DNA of 63,250 bases, the filler included, from Ionaspis alba (taxonomy: Eukaryota), in assembly GCA_964255285.1 (NCBI GenBank). It is 2 parts of 2 records of this genome, joined end to end, with 100 filler letters (N's around TTAATTAATTAA, not from the genome) between each part and the next. Parts side by side here need not be neighbours in the genome. Positions count along the whole stretch, not along the records: positions 1 to 31,596 come from CAXUUL010000108.1; 1 more part is not named here. One strand, 5' to 3'. The position numbers and the translations under genes were made by a program. The notes under the pieces are model-generated. The model saw only the letters and a program-made list of their open reading frames with translations. It searched no databases and had not been told where the DNA came from. Each line of letters opens with the position of its first letter. The first letter of the stretch is position 1. Shown here piece after piece: positions 1 through 13,077 of this stretch.

Positions 1-1204
1 GGGCGAGAGGGAGAGGGAGGGAACGAGGTGGGGGTAGTGGTATCTTTGTGGCATTGAGATGGTGAGAATCTTGGACGTGAGGCCGTTTGAAATTGGAGCC
101 TCTCGTTGGCTGGGAGAACTTTTCTACTCAATTACGTGTATTTCGGGCTCAGGGTGAGCTTCTTTTATTGCGAAAAGGATTGGGGAATTTTTGTGGTAGA
201 TGAGATGGTCATCCGGATGGTAGATATGGAGGCCAGGACGTGCGGCTTACTAATATACTTAGTTGCTGAACTCGGTGGTCTTGTGATAGTCTTCGTGAAC
301 TTCTTACGCTGGGGGTTTGTTTCCATCGATTGTGTATGTTTCAAAGTCTCAGATGGTTGTTCCTAGAGGTTCATTCACTCTGGTCACGGATCTTATTGCA
401 TAGTTTTCTTTGGTCAGAGTCTTGAATATTTCATGTCGTCTCTCGTTGACCTTCTTGCCTCTGCTCCACCTCGCTTTCATTTGATTCCTCTAGTACTCCT
501 CTGATTTTCTTCTCCCGTCACAACATCGCGCCTGAGTCCTTTCTCACTGACCCCAGCTCTCGATGCACGCTCGAATGGCCAGGTCAACACCTTGGGACTA
601 TGTCACGAGTATTACCAGGCAGTGTTGAGGTCAGCTATTGCTAGAGTTGCTCAGTTGGGGTGCTTTGATCGATTACTTCTAGCAGAATGTGTCTTGGAGC
701 TGTTCGCACAGGATAGTACGAGTTCGGCTGCGTGTCGATTGCTTGTAGTGCTTGGCGCACTTTGTAGTCTTGTTTGTGGTAGATGGCTTGATCGTGGTCC
801 GCGTCAGAGTAGTTAATATGTCAACTCGTACGGACTATGCAGATCACCTTTGCTGGCTCCATTTGGAAGTATATATTGGAAGTTCCATATTCCATGTTGT
901 TCTCGTAACCATCGTTTCTCAGTATGTCAATTCCTCTCTGTCGACATACATTCCTTCATTTCCTATACCCTTAACATAAATACATGAGCCTGAACACCGC
1001 CGTAATCTTTTTCTAGACCCACTGCTAAATCGCTCGACCATTACACCTAGAGGAGAAGAACGAAAAATGAATCGTGATTGACACGAGAGATGGTCTTCTG
1101 CGTAGTCTGGTACCGACTTGAGTCTTAGGTTGAAGTGGGCCTCCGAAGGAATGATGCTGCTATTAGGTATCTTGTTCTTTCCTCCATAATACCTTTGCAG
1201 GCTC

Positions 1205-2448
1205 TCAATGGCCACCGGTGGTGGGAAGTCCAAGTGACACCTTGAAGCTATCGTAGATGAGCCACTGGAACGCCTGCATGAATCGTCAGTAGCTGCCCGA
1301 TCAAGCAATCCGAACCTCCTATGCTGAAAGTTTCAGTCAGTCAGGACTTACCGTCAAGGTACCAATCATGATTATCCTGACAGGAAGACCGTTCCACAGA
1401 CCCTTGAAGCCTATATTCCCATAAATCCGACTCATGGCCTTCCCAGCACTTTCACTCGCTGCCCATTCATCAGATACACTACTCCGCCAATTGACCTTCA
1501 ACGGCTGAACACGTCAAACGTACCTTTGCGATCCGAGTTCAATTTACTGACCATCACATCAGCCGGATGACTGACAGCTGCACAACCAATCCCCGCAATA
1601 TACCCTCCCAGGAAGCTCACCCCCGTTTGCTGCAGCCCATTGTACGCTTCCTTAGGCTTTCCCAAAGTCTGATAGATATACCCCACGACCGTCTCAAACG
1701 TCGCAAATTTAACCATCGTATACGGAATCTGGCGTCCCCACAACGGCGCAATTCCTTTATACAACCCCGCATATCCCTCCTGCTTCACCACTTTTCCCCA
1801 GCCCTCTCTCAACGTATTCGCAAACGGTGGCAATGTCGTCTGCATCCTAACTTTTATCGCCTCGAGCGGGCATAGTGCGATGTCAGCCAGGAACTCAGCC
1901 GACGCGGACGCGCCAAGGTAGACAAGGGTTTTGTTGGCACTGGGAAAGAGGTCTTCGCCGTAGAGGTGCTTGAAGACCTCATAGAAACCGTATTTGCCAC
2001 CGCCTTGCAGTGAGTAGCCGACGAAGGTCGGGGACCAGCCGAAGAAGACGCCGCGTAGGCCGTCTTTGGCAAAGATGCTGCGCCAGGCAGAGATATTGGA
2101 GCTGTAGATTCTGGGGTCGACTTGGCGGCGGCATTTTACCTGGCATGGAAATGAGGACGTGTCATCCAATTGACTTGCTGAGGAGCTGAAGCGACTTTGC
2201 TTGCAGCTGGCAGGTCAGACTCACGAGATCGAGAGGTGTGACGGCGGTATGCGTAGGGCCGCAAGCTGAGACGGACGGTCGGAGTCAGTCAATGCCCAAT
2301 TGACAGTTGACAGGTCTAAAAAATGATCTCTGTAAGAGCAAGACCTACCAATGATACCGCCAAAAGTGCAGGCACCAAAATAGGTCGGGGAGTAGAGCTC
2401 AATGCCACCAACCTGCGGGGCCCGTCCTTGCATCTTCGTCGCAGCCAT
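1205..2448 (-). CDS. PIC2: Mitochondrial phosphate carrier protein (Pic2/Mir1 family), spliced
   Basis: Exons join to MAATKMQG...[40 protein letters not shown]...[11 protein letters not shown]...[11 protein letters not shown]...[22 protein letters not shown]. Three PX[DE]XX[KR]-type carrier motifs. ATG at 2448, TGA at 1205-1207. Pic2 rather than Mir1 is a judgement from the N-terminus. Confidence 0.9.
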
Positions 2449-3330
2449 TGCGTTGTGATCTATCAATGTCTCGGGTACTGATGTAGGTACATAAAGTGAC
2501 AAGAAACTGCAGAAGACACATGTATAACCGTTGAGATATGAAATGACATGGCAAGGGAAGTGCAGGGCCTTGTATTGCTGACGGTGCAGAGATTCGCGTT
2601 GTTTATTGCCGTGCGTGCCGAGCTTTCCTTTGTAACGGATTTGTTCCGCAATTGTGAGAGCAGGGATATGACGTCAGTCGGTCAATTCAACTCGATAATT
2701 CGACTTGTTGGATAACAGGCAGGAGTCAAGATAGGAAAGGCGATGCTGAGGAACATAAATCGTATAGTGAGTGTGAAGAAACTGTACAATAGGCATTCAA
2801 AGGTAGCTGGATAGTGAAATATGGTAGAAATCTTAATGACTCCAATTGATCTATACAAATTGTCCTCCACGTAGAGAGCATCACCCTCTCCTCAAGACTG
2901 GGAGAGACAGTGCGTCAACAGTCAACCAATAAGTGTTAAAATAGCGGCGGCAAGGCCAACAGGCCATACATATCCAATACTCAAGACAGATCCCTCCCTC
3001 TTCCAATCGAGTACTTCCCATCAAGCAATAAGCCATCACAGCCTGTCCCGAGTCTCTCCAAATCACTCTCGAAGAAGAAGTCTCCAAACCAAAAACCCTC
3101 CTATCCCACCACTATGTGTTGCGTAAGAAGCATATATAATCTCCAAAATAGAGTGTCAGAACAATATTGAAGCAAAATAGTCGTACAACTCGTATAGATC
3201 GTCTAGATCGTGGCACTCCAGATGGTGAGAAAAAGAGCTCCCAAGATAAATGGCAAAAATGGTTAGAATGTCAAAAGGAGCGACGCGTAGAATCACAAAA
3301 GATGTCCAGCCTGGCAGCGGTCAAGATAGA

Positions 3331-6300
3331 TCAGGACTCCTCCATCAAAGCCTCTCCTTCTCCAACCTCTCTCCACTCCCGACTCCGCCCAGTCAATCTC
3401 TTGACGCCTCCTATTCTCGCAGCCCAAAGACTCTCGGATGGAGTTCGGAAAGTGTACCCCCGTTGACTGCTGATGACGCCGATGGCCTGCAAAACCGCCT
3501 TTCGACTATCACGTCCGAAGACAGCGGGATGCAGGATCCACTCCAGGCCAGCCTCGAGCTCGGTGTCCAGTGCGGAAAGGACGGTGGCATCTATACCGGG
3601 AGCAGCGGACAGCGAGGAGGTGTCGGAATGCTGGGGAGAAGGATGACGCTCCGGCGAGCCATTCGCGGACCGTGGCGAGTTGTTGGCGGATCTGGGCGAA
3701 TTGGCGGAATTTATGGTCGGCGTGCTGATGTTGTTGAGGGTGGTCGAGTCGCTGGTCGATTGCTTGGTAGTCATGGGCACCGGAGGAAGACCACCCTTCG
3801 CGAGCCCTTTGAGAATGGTACGGGTCTCGTTGAGTAGATGATGAGCACGTTCGTGCTGGCCTCGAGAGACAAGGGTAAGGGCACGAGTGAGCATGTCGGA
3901 TGTCAGGAGCTCCATGCGGCGTTGTACGATGGAGGGATGGGGCGGTATCGGAGGAGTGCTTGGGCGCACGGCCTTGGCAGATTTGGAGGAGGCGGGAAGC
4001 ATGGTAATGGCGAGGAGGGATGGGCGGGGAAGCTGGGTAATGGTGCCATCACGAAGAATATCTCCATAGGTCAAATCTGCTTGGATCAGCGGTACCTCTT
4101 CGACGCTTAGAGTTCTCTGTTCATCCTGGTCGAAAGGACCGCTGAGCGCCTCGAGGCCCGATACGATCGATTCCCAATGATCCTGCGGCAAGTGTTCTTC
4201 GGATGAGTTGTCTGGAGCGATGACCAATTGGACCAAGATATCTATCATGCAAATTAGATATTGCATCAGACGAAACCGTGGTTCACCTTACCTCTTTTGT
4301 CGCCGAACCTCAGATCGCCCAATGCAGCCTCTGCATCTCGTCCACCCGTGCGCTTCGTGATCTGCAAGGCGCCAGATATTTTGGCGAACTTTGCAGGCGA
4401 GCCTTCCGGCAGACGAAGCTTGAGTTTGGCGTTCTGATGTGAAGTGGTCTGCATCGAACCCAGACATCCTGCCACGCACTCCCGGAGCATCATCCAGTCT
4501 TTGACGTAGGTGTAGGACGCTTTAGTGCGAGTGGACAACTCAATCATTGTGTCAGGTTTGTGCGTCAAACCTAATCCGAAAGAGTGAATCGCGATCCTGG
4601 TAATTGCCGAGATCAGTATGCGTCAAACAACCGCCATGGATAATTATCCTAGCTGCAGGTTGTAGATACCCGAGCGAATCATTGGGAACGAGGCAGGGGA
4701 AAAGGAAAGGGAACACAAACTTTGCAGCTTCAGCTCTTGACACGACAAAATCGACACTTTCACCATCGGAAGTTGAAGAGTCGCTAATCAAAAGTATGGT
4801 GGCGATTGGATTGTTCGACTTGCGCTGCATGAGAAGATCCATCGCAACGTTAGCGCCCTCGACAACGTCGGCTCGAAGACTTCGTCCGCCAACAGGACGG
4901 ATAGAGGTCAAGATCTTCGACCATCCGGGCCACGTCTTGGTGGTCATGCCCACGAGAGGCACTCCGCCTCCACTTGATCCAAAAGTGACCAGGCCCATTC
5001 TGTCGCGCTCTCCGAGGCTCTGCACGAGGAATCTCAATGCATCGCGCAGGAGAGTGATCTTGAGCCCTTGCATCGACGAGGATACGGGGATCACCACAAC
5101 CAGATCGAGTGGTACATGAACCGATGCCGGGAGGCGTGGGTCGACCATGCCTCTAGCCGAGTTGGTGTATTCGGTTGGTGCGGTATTGTTGGATCTTCCG
5201 GCTCCGTATGACGAGGAGTTGACAGAGGATACCCTCTTCGTTTTCATCGTCTTGTAGTCATCATCGTCAGTGCCTGAATTGGACTGCTCGTACTCATTGC
5301 GCATTGGCGTGTCCGCGGCCGGTGGTGCATTCAATTCGATTAGCGCACGTTTCCACTGTTCAAGCTGACTGTGACTCTGGAATTGAAGGTGAAACTGTGC
5401 CAATTCTTGAACCGCCAGGCTCAAGGTAAGTACAGGCTCCGCTGTGATGGCAATATGTCAGATGTGCTTCTGAAACAGATGGGACGCGAGGTACTATCAC
5501 ATACCTGGATTTGATTCGACCTTTCGGAGGTGCTTCTTGATGAGTATAGAGCCCTTGAGGGTGCATCTCGTGAGCTTGCGCTTGGAGTTGCCCTCGGCAT
5601 ACTGCGGTACTGCACCCTTCTTCTCCTTGATGCATATAAGCATTTCGGCGAAAAGAAAGCATTCGAGCTCTTGCCACGACCGTCGATCCTTGCCCACCCG
5701 AATGGTGCCGTGAAGACGCAATTTCCCGAACCTGCAGCTGTTAACATCCCGACACGTTGCGGGTGTGCGCTTGAAACATACCTGGGGAAATCCAAGCCGT
5801 GCCAATTATCGACGCGCAGCCGAAGGTCTTCGGTTATTTGCTCCAGAACTTCTGGGGATTCCTCTGGCCAATTTGCCTGGTTGGTTTGGACGGGAGATCG
5901 CGGCCGAACGACTTCTTTCTCCTGGTGATGATGGATAGCAGGAAGAGGAGGAGCGCTGCGTAGGTCTTCTGGGTCTGGTCTCCATTTTCCTTCCGGAACT
6001 TCGATGGTGATCAGGCACGTCAAGGTCTGCGATTGTCTGGAGCGGATGAGAGTAGGATATTCGCTTCTCACAGTGACGTGGGGAGGTGGAATCGGGTTCC
6101 TAGCCATGCTGACCCTAGGGCTGCTAAGGTCTGTCTCCATCGATTGGACATCGTAGTCGTGCCGCCTTCCGTCATTGTAATCGCCTTGTGATGAACCCGC
6201 GCCTGTCCCCGCACTGACGGTTCTTGCATGCTGCAGTGAATCGGGACCATATCTTTCGATTCGTTCCCGCTGGGTATCCTTGCTGTCACGTTGAGACTGC

Positions 6301-7356
6301 GACTCTCTGCTGTCGCGCTGCTGTTGTCGGTTGTTGGAATCCCTGCTTCTAGGGCGGTCTCGAATGGTCCGGTCATCCCATGGTGTTGGCGTACTTTGCG
6401 CACTTCGCTGCTGTTGTCCACGCGCTTCGTTGTTCTGCGAAACAGAGCGTACGATGCTGCTAAGCTTCTCTGCAGGAGTGTAAGTTTCCGTGTGAGTGAG
6501 TGAGGTCCATGCAAGAATGAACGTACCGAGATCAAGGACATTGCCTCCTCGACTGGTATCAAGCCCTAATGGCGCATTGCAAGTAGGACAGTACTGTGAC
6601 TCGAATTCCTTGATGTATTCGTAAAAGCAGGCCTCGTGCGACACGTGTCCGCACGAAAACTGAAGAATGCGCTCGCCTCGGAGGGTATGTTCCAGGGGTT
6701 CTTCGCAGACAGCGCATTCACTTCCGATGAAAGTACGTTCCCGACGAGTGCGAGAGCGTTCCAGTTCCAGCATTCCGGCCATCGGACGTCCCGAACGCCA
6801 GTTGAACGACGTCGCAACACCGTTACTGTACGAAGAAGGCTTCCACTCCTGGGACACTTTGTTGCGGCCTAGGTGAGGTGCTTCTTTTCCCTTCTTTGCG
6901 ACGTCACCAACAGAGAATGGATGGTTCGAGAAATTGGGTATCTGCCGATAGTCGCCCGGTTTCGGGTAGGATTGGTGAGATGTCTGAGAACTATATTGTG
7001 GTCGAGATTTGCTGTTCGAAGCAAGGTTGTAGGAATGATCTAGAAGAGTGGAAGAGACGTGTTAGTTGATCGGGCTAGGAAGAGACGAAAACCCGAGGAT
7101 GCTGAAGAAAACACGTTGTGATAGTTCGAAGCAGTGTTGTGGCTGCTGCAGTGTTGGATTGACGATTACGATCGTGATGGAGCAAGACTATTGGAGGAAA
7201 AGACATACGTTGCTGAGGTGCCGGCCGGTCAGCCAGAGCCTTCTTTGGCAGTAATCCAAGCTCGTGCAGATTTTTGATCCTCTGGAGACTGGAGTTACTG
7301 GTCTGGTTCTGATGGTGGCCGAGACGCTGATTAGATGAGTACGAGTTGTCCGACAT
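3331..7356 (-). CDS. RING finger / PH-like / von Willebrand factor A protein (Far1/Ste5-like architecture), spliced
   Basis: RING: CAVCEEPL...CGHVSHEACF...CPTC. PH-like segment: FGKLRLHGTIRVGKDRRSWQELECFLF. vWA: PLDLVVVIPVSSSMQGLKI...ILLISDS. ORFs 5421-6857, 5497-5805, 4552-5424, 4266-4568 and 3331-4266 are joined by GT-AG introns. Start at ATG 7356 (MSDNSYS) is tentative. Confidence 0.8.
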
Positions 7357-9204
7357 GGACGTTGGTCGGGACCGAGGGAACAATTCAAAGCTTAGTACCG
7401 ATGGGACCGTCGATGGAGCGTAATTTGAAGGTTGATTCTGGCCAAATTAAGGTGCGAACTTGCAGCGATGGGCTCCAGACTAAATGGAGATGTCGCTGGT
7501 TGGCATGGCTTTGGTACCACCAATGGGGCAGGGAGATTGAATGAAATTGGGCGAAAAGAACTTGGATGGACCTGTCTCAGCTTTTGTGTGTGAGTGTGGG
7601 TGTGGGAGGAGGGAGAAGAGCTAAGCTGGAGGGCGGCGGGCTAGGTACGGTAACAAAATGTCCACTATTCTATCCCTACACGCCGTAATACAGAACAGTA
7701 TGAATGTATGGAGCATGAGACTTTCTAATTATCCTACTCTCACCAGCTCTGTACTCCCTGCGTAGGACTATGCCGACACTTCGTGTTACCTACCTGGGAT
7801 AAGCAGCAAGCAGCGGACCTGCCTTGCGGGAAGCATATGCACCGACTTTCAACGCTACCGTCGGCTCTGCAGCAGGCATCGCGTCTGCGTCCATTCATTC
7901 GATCGTAAAGCCCTGCATCCATCCCCCCATTGCTAGGCTCGCTTTCTGAGGAAAGGTAAAGCTCCCCTTCAAGGTCTGGGTCAAGGATCAGGGGGGTGGC
8001 CGGACATGCGCCTTTTGACAAGACACAGGGGTTGCGGCATGTAGGGGGAAAGTTGGAAAAGCGATTGTGTGGTCGATGGCGGTATCGAAAAGTTGTTGCA
8101 CTTGCACGTAGGGTGTTCGACAAGCCCAAGAATTATCAACTATATTGTTACTCTGTACAGGAATGAATTCAGGGTATAGGACGAGAAGGTTCCTCAGACC
8201 GGCAGAAGAGATGCTTACGAAGCTGACGATATCGAGGCACTTCCTTGCCAAAAAAACCCGCCTGCCAAACTACTTCCCAGCGCCTTTTGGAAAGCCCTGA
8301 GGAAAGGACTTCCAATCGGTAGTGAACTACTCTTGCGGTCCCTCGGACGGATTCATGCGCGTGTCCCCGACCACGAGATGACTGTCAGGAAATAGGAGGT
8401 GCATCTCCCTATCCTCCAGGCTGAGAACGATGCGCGCAATAGAGGAAGCCTCTCAACAAACCAAGAAGGTTTCCAAAGCGGCTTTCTTCCCAGGCCGATC
8501 TGACTAAAGATGTGAAGTTTTTGGGCCGTGGCGCAAAGACGGCTGGATCGCGACTCGCAAGGCTTCTGGCGATCTATCGACATGCCATTGCACACATCGT
8601 CACGTCAGTCCTATACAAACGCGGTAGAAAATCGATTGAGTGACCTGCCCCGGATTGGTCTGCAGATTCACATCCAGAGCACATAATGCTGCCGATGATC
8701 CCACATCAGACATGTTTTCTTGGCAACCAGAAGAGCAGTGCTTGACCGTACCATCGAACACGAGAAGCAAGCCCGATAAACATTGAACAGCTGAGATGAT
8801 CCGAGCACCGAGAGAATCGCTGCGGAAAAGAACTTTCTTGAAATTCCCGAAAAATTCAAGCCAATGACGGCGGCTTCATAAACTTAGCCATTTCCCATGG
8901 CTGCCACGCGCGGTCGGGCAATATAGACTTTCACCTCCTGTAGCCGGATCAATCGGGAGGCCTTGTTGCCATGTTAGCCACCCCAGATAATTCATTCATC
9001 GAGCACTTTTCTCTGGGTTGGAATTCGTGCCTGCCAGTCGAGCGTTTGGATCAGCATTATCCGCTGACTTCCCTTTGCGCGCCCATGGAAGAATTCTCTA
9101 GGTTAGAGACTTTGCGTAATCCAGTGTAAAGACTGCTAGATGGAAAGCCTCATGACGAGTTTCTTGTCAGCGGAGGGTGTGTTATCCACAGGCTCCAGGA
9201 TTAT

Positions 9205-9226
9205 GTGGTGGTGGTGGTGGTGGTGG
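9205..9226. repeat. (GGT)n microsatellite
   Basis: gtggtggtggtggtggtggtgg run in non-genic sequence. Confidence 0.7.
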
Positions 9227-12200
9227 GCATTTGGTAGTGGTGCATTGTGGCCTTCTCCATGGGGAAAGACGCGCACATAACAATGGACGCCGGCATGTTT
9301 TTGAACGAGAACGATACACAGCTTCGGTGTACGGAACATTTGCAGAGGATTGAGATAGGTGCCTGCGATCTGGTGCCTGAAGCTGATTGATTTTGACACA
9401 ATCGTGCCTGTGTTACCAAACCAATACCCCACTCGGCATATACGACAGCCAGTCGAGCCGTATCGATACGTAACGCTAAGATGCAATGGTTTGAGCTCGA
9501 CAGGCCACCGCGACACCTTCCATCCCTCCCACATGCATCATACTGCGTTGGGGGCAACCACACCAACTCCGGCCCGTGCCACATCGGTGGGAGGTTTTGC
9601 AGAAACTCTGTGTGCGACTATCGAACCAGAGAAAAGCTATCCAACAACGGTAGCATCACCGACTGGTGATCTTGGGTGAGCCCATGGATCCACCGCATGA
9701 CGCTCGTGAGACGCAACCAGCGCTCAGTCATCTTGACCAGAGTTTTCCCGGTCGATGTTGCAACCACCAGCCTTCAAGGCCACATGGCGACAAAGATAGA
9801 CGTCCCCGGGAAGCACATGGTCGACGGTGCAGAAGCACAGACGGGCCGGGACGAGACCTAGCACTGCCGACTGAGGGAGTGCATTGCATTGCAGCCCTTC
9901 TTCATACTCCGTACATATGTCATGTTACGGCGACCTACCACATCACAGATCCAGGTCCGCCATGGTTGGAACAACTGAATGCACATCATCTACCCCGTAG
10001 CTGAGCATAGCCCCCAAACACGACATACGCCCCAAGAGTCGGCAGCGACGGTGAAGCAACGTTTCCACTGGACTGAAGGAATGCAGGATCGTGGCACGAA
10101 CATGTGGGAATGACCCACGTCATCTCTGGGGACCGAGGGCCATCCCACTCAGCTCCCGCAGTCGACCGTTAGTCCCCTGGACAGCGAGGCATTGTTGATC
10201 GTCATGGCTACAGCCTATCAAAATCTCTATATGGGAACAACGTTGGTGGCATTCAACATGGGGGTCGTTCTGATCATTACTCGAGGATCGTAGAGCGGTG
10301 GCTGATTCCGTGCTGCAAAGATCTTCCCGAGTTCCCTGAGTTGCATACAACAGCGGGAAAATGTCGCCGTTTAACCAGGGTCTTATCGAAGGATGAAGCC
10401 TCTTGAAGGTCGCAAAAGGTTCGTGACAAGTGCCCACAGTCATCAGATATCAAGGCTACCGACTACAGTAGATGCTAGGAAGCGTCATGATGGTAATAAG
10501 AAATCATTACAACCAGCCAATGGAGGGAACAATGGGGACCTCTGTAGTCTATCGAGCGTACAAAGCATCAAAGGTGTTCTTGATCGAATTGACCAACAGA
10601 TTGGCTTGATCATGATCAAAAGGAACGAGAACAAGACCTGCAGAAATGTTTGGCTTATCGCATAGAATTGTACAGATTCAACAGGCGGGAAAGACATTAT
10701 TGCCAGTCACGCTGGTGCAGGATTTGACGCTCCTGCCACGTGCGGACCAACAATCATACACGTGCAACCCACCACAGAAACCGTGCAGGCGGGACAGGTG
10801 GTCAAGCCTATTCTCCTCCCAAGTCCAGTTGCGCGGTTCGGTTACCAAGGCCGTGATGCAGCCTGTGCGCTATCCGAACCTGTTGATCTCCCAATACTGC
10901 TCAATTTCCACTTGGAACAATTGATTGATATGTAACAATAATAACAGGCCATACCTTGATGTAAGCAAGATAAAGAACTGGAAGGATCCCGCAAGGGAAT
11001 GATTAGAACAACGGGATAAATCCATCCAATCCATGAAATCGAGCCAACAAGCGGCCAATCCAACCCTCCCGACTGTCCAGATACTAAGCAGCATTAAATC
11101 AATAACTTCCACTCGGACACTTGATAAACATGAAAACCAGTGGGGATGGCGGGCCGTGCTTTCAGACCTGAGGCACAGCAAACAAGTCACTCGCATGGGG
11201 TGCTCCAGACTTCTCCCAAGTACAGACTCCCAGCACAATAGTACCAATGAAAACTCTCTACACGAAACACTGGAGGCTGCAGTCACTATCTCCAGAGCAC
11301 CCAAGACCACGCGATAAACAACCCGGGGCGGATTGGCTTACTCAATAATCGCGAAGCCAACCACCTTACTGCACCCGAGTCACGTCCAAGGCCCTCCACA
11401 AAACAATCCAACGGCGGAGCGCATGGGCGATAGCCTACCAGGGTCACATGTTCCACCATTACCACCATAGCTCCGACCTAAGCAACATTAAAAAGCTCAC
11501 GCTGGAAGTCTCGCGCTCCCGGAAAATTATGCGGTCCAAAGAGCATCTACCATCTCCATTCACCTTTCAAGGACCATTCCCCTCAATGGCGAGCAACACG
11601 AAGGAAATTCACAAGGAGCCTGTTAGAAAAGCCATCACTCATTGCGGATATAATAACGCTTCCCCCAATCTCCGCCAGCCCCTTACAGCCGGTATATGGG
11701 GTTAGAGATATACGCGCAAGGATCTCTCCGTGGGGAGTGCGCGTGATACCTGGGGTACCTATAGGCGACGCCTTAGATGCTGCTCGTGCGTCGGCAATAG
11801 AGAGAGCCACAGAGAAGAGCGACTACATGCAAGGCCGTTGGGGGAATGAGATGTTTTTTTGTCAGGAGACGGATGATCGCTGGCAGTACGGCTAATCCTG
11901 GCGATTCGCTGGGATCTGGGGACATGGAGATCGGGGTGACAGCGGAGAAGGTTCTGACAGGAACTTGATCCGAGGGTTTGGCGACTGGAAATTTCGAATG
12001 GTTTGTTTCCTTGAGCTCAGGCATTATCCCGTTTGCTTCGAAAGAGGCCATACTGGATCTGAACATGGCTCCAGCTCATTTTCGAGCACAGATGCTTGTA
12101 TTGTTGACAGCTTGGAAAGAGACACCTAGTTCAACGGTCGCTGTCCATTCCGAGGAGTCCTTCTGCCTCTTCAATCAGCATCCGCCCACAACATCGATAT

Positions 12201-13077
12201 CAATCGTGGAACCACACTTTCTGTGCTAGCACGTGTAAGCTCGGTCTAATCAAGTGGTTCTGGACCTCAACAACCGGCCTCTAAGAGACCGCCTGCGATG
12301 AATTTCCAGACGAGTCAGTCTTGCCTCCATTCCTCTGTCGAGCGTCCTACCCCTCTGCAGGTACCATGCTGTTTCATGGTCCACGAACATCGTTGATTGT
12401 TTTGGCCTGATTTCGCCGGGTCCTGCCTGCTGTCCGCACTTGCCTGGTACCTCTTTTGTTGATATCGATGTCTGATGCTATGTCACTTTTGTGGTCTAAG
12501 CTTCAGGATCTCATCTCTATGGGGATGCACGGCTCTTGAAGTACCCACAGACTTGGCTTGCGGTACCGCCGCCCACTTCCATACTATGGGTCACACATGG
12601 ATCACACATGGATCACCTATCAAACAGTGAAACGGTTCTAATTTTCCGTACTGTTTCGCCAGCTGGGTATCGAGTCTATTGTTTCTTCTTCTCGGCCCAA
12701 AATCCGTACTATGTGGTTGGAGAACTCTTCATGCTACTGCTTCGAAAAGCACCATGCCTTCTAGTTCCACACCATATCTTATGTGATCTGGACCATACGG
12801 CTTCTGGTGCTCAATCACTGTCTTCAAGGTTGCATTGAAATTGTTTTACGTCAGCATCTCTTGCCCTACTCTCCTCGGACAGCACGGCTAACATTCACCA
12901 ATCATATCAACGCCTGTATAGCTCTGCGTTCTATCTTCGAAAGTGGCCACTTCTTTCAGAGTCCACATTTGGGTGCCAAAGATAGACTTGGTCACCTTCT
13001 CTCCCTTACGAGTTCCCTTGTCGGATGAAAGCTTCCCCTCTACCTGTACAGGAAATTAATCACTTCAATTCGATGTC

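Noticed and set aside
1..1200. Short ORFs at the window start
   Set aside because: No recognisable motifs or consistent exon chain; likely UTR or intergenic
9136..9584. ORFs with poly-His / poly-Thr tracts
   Set aside because: Produced by the GGT microsatellite; no other coding signal
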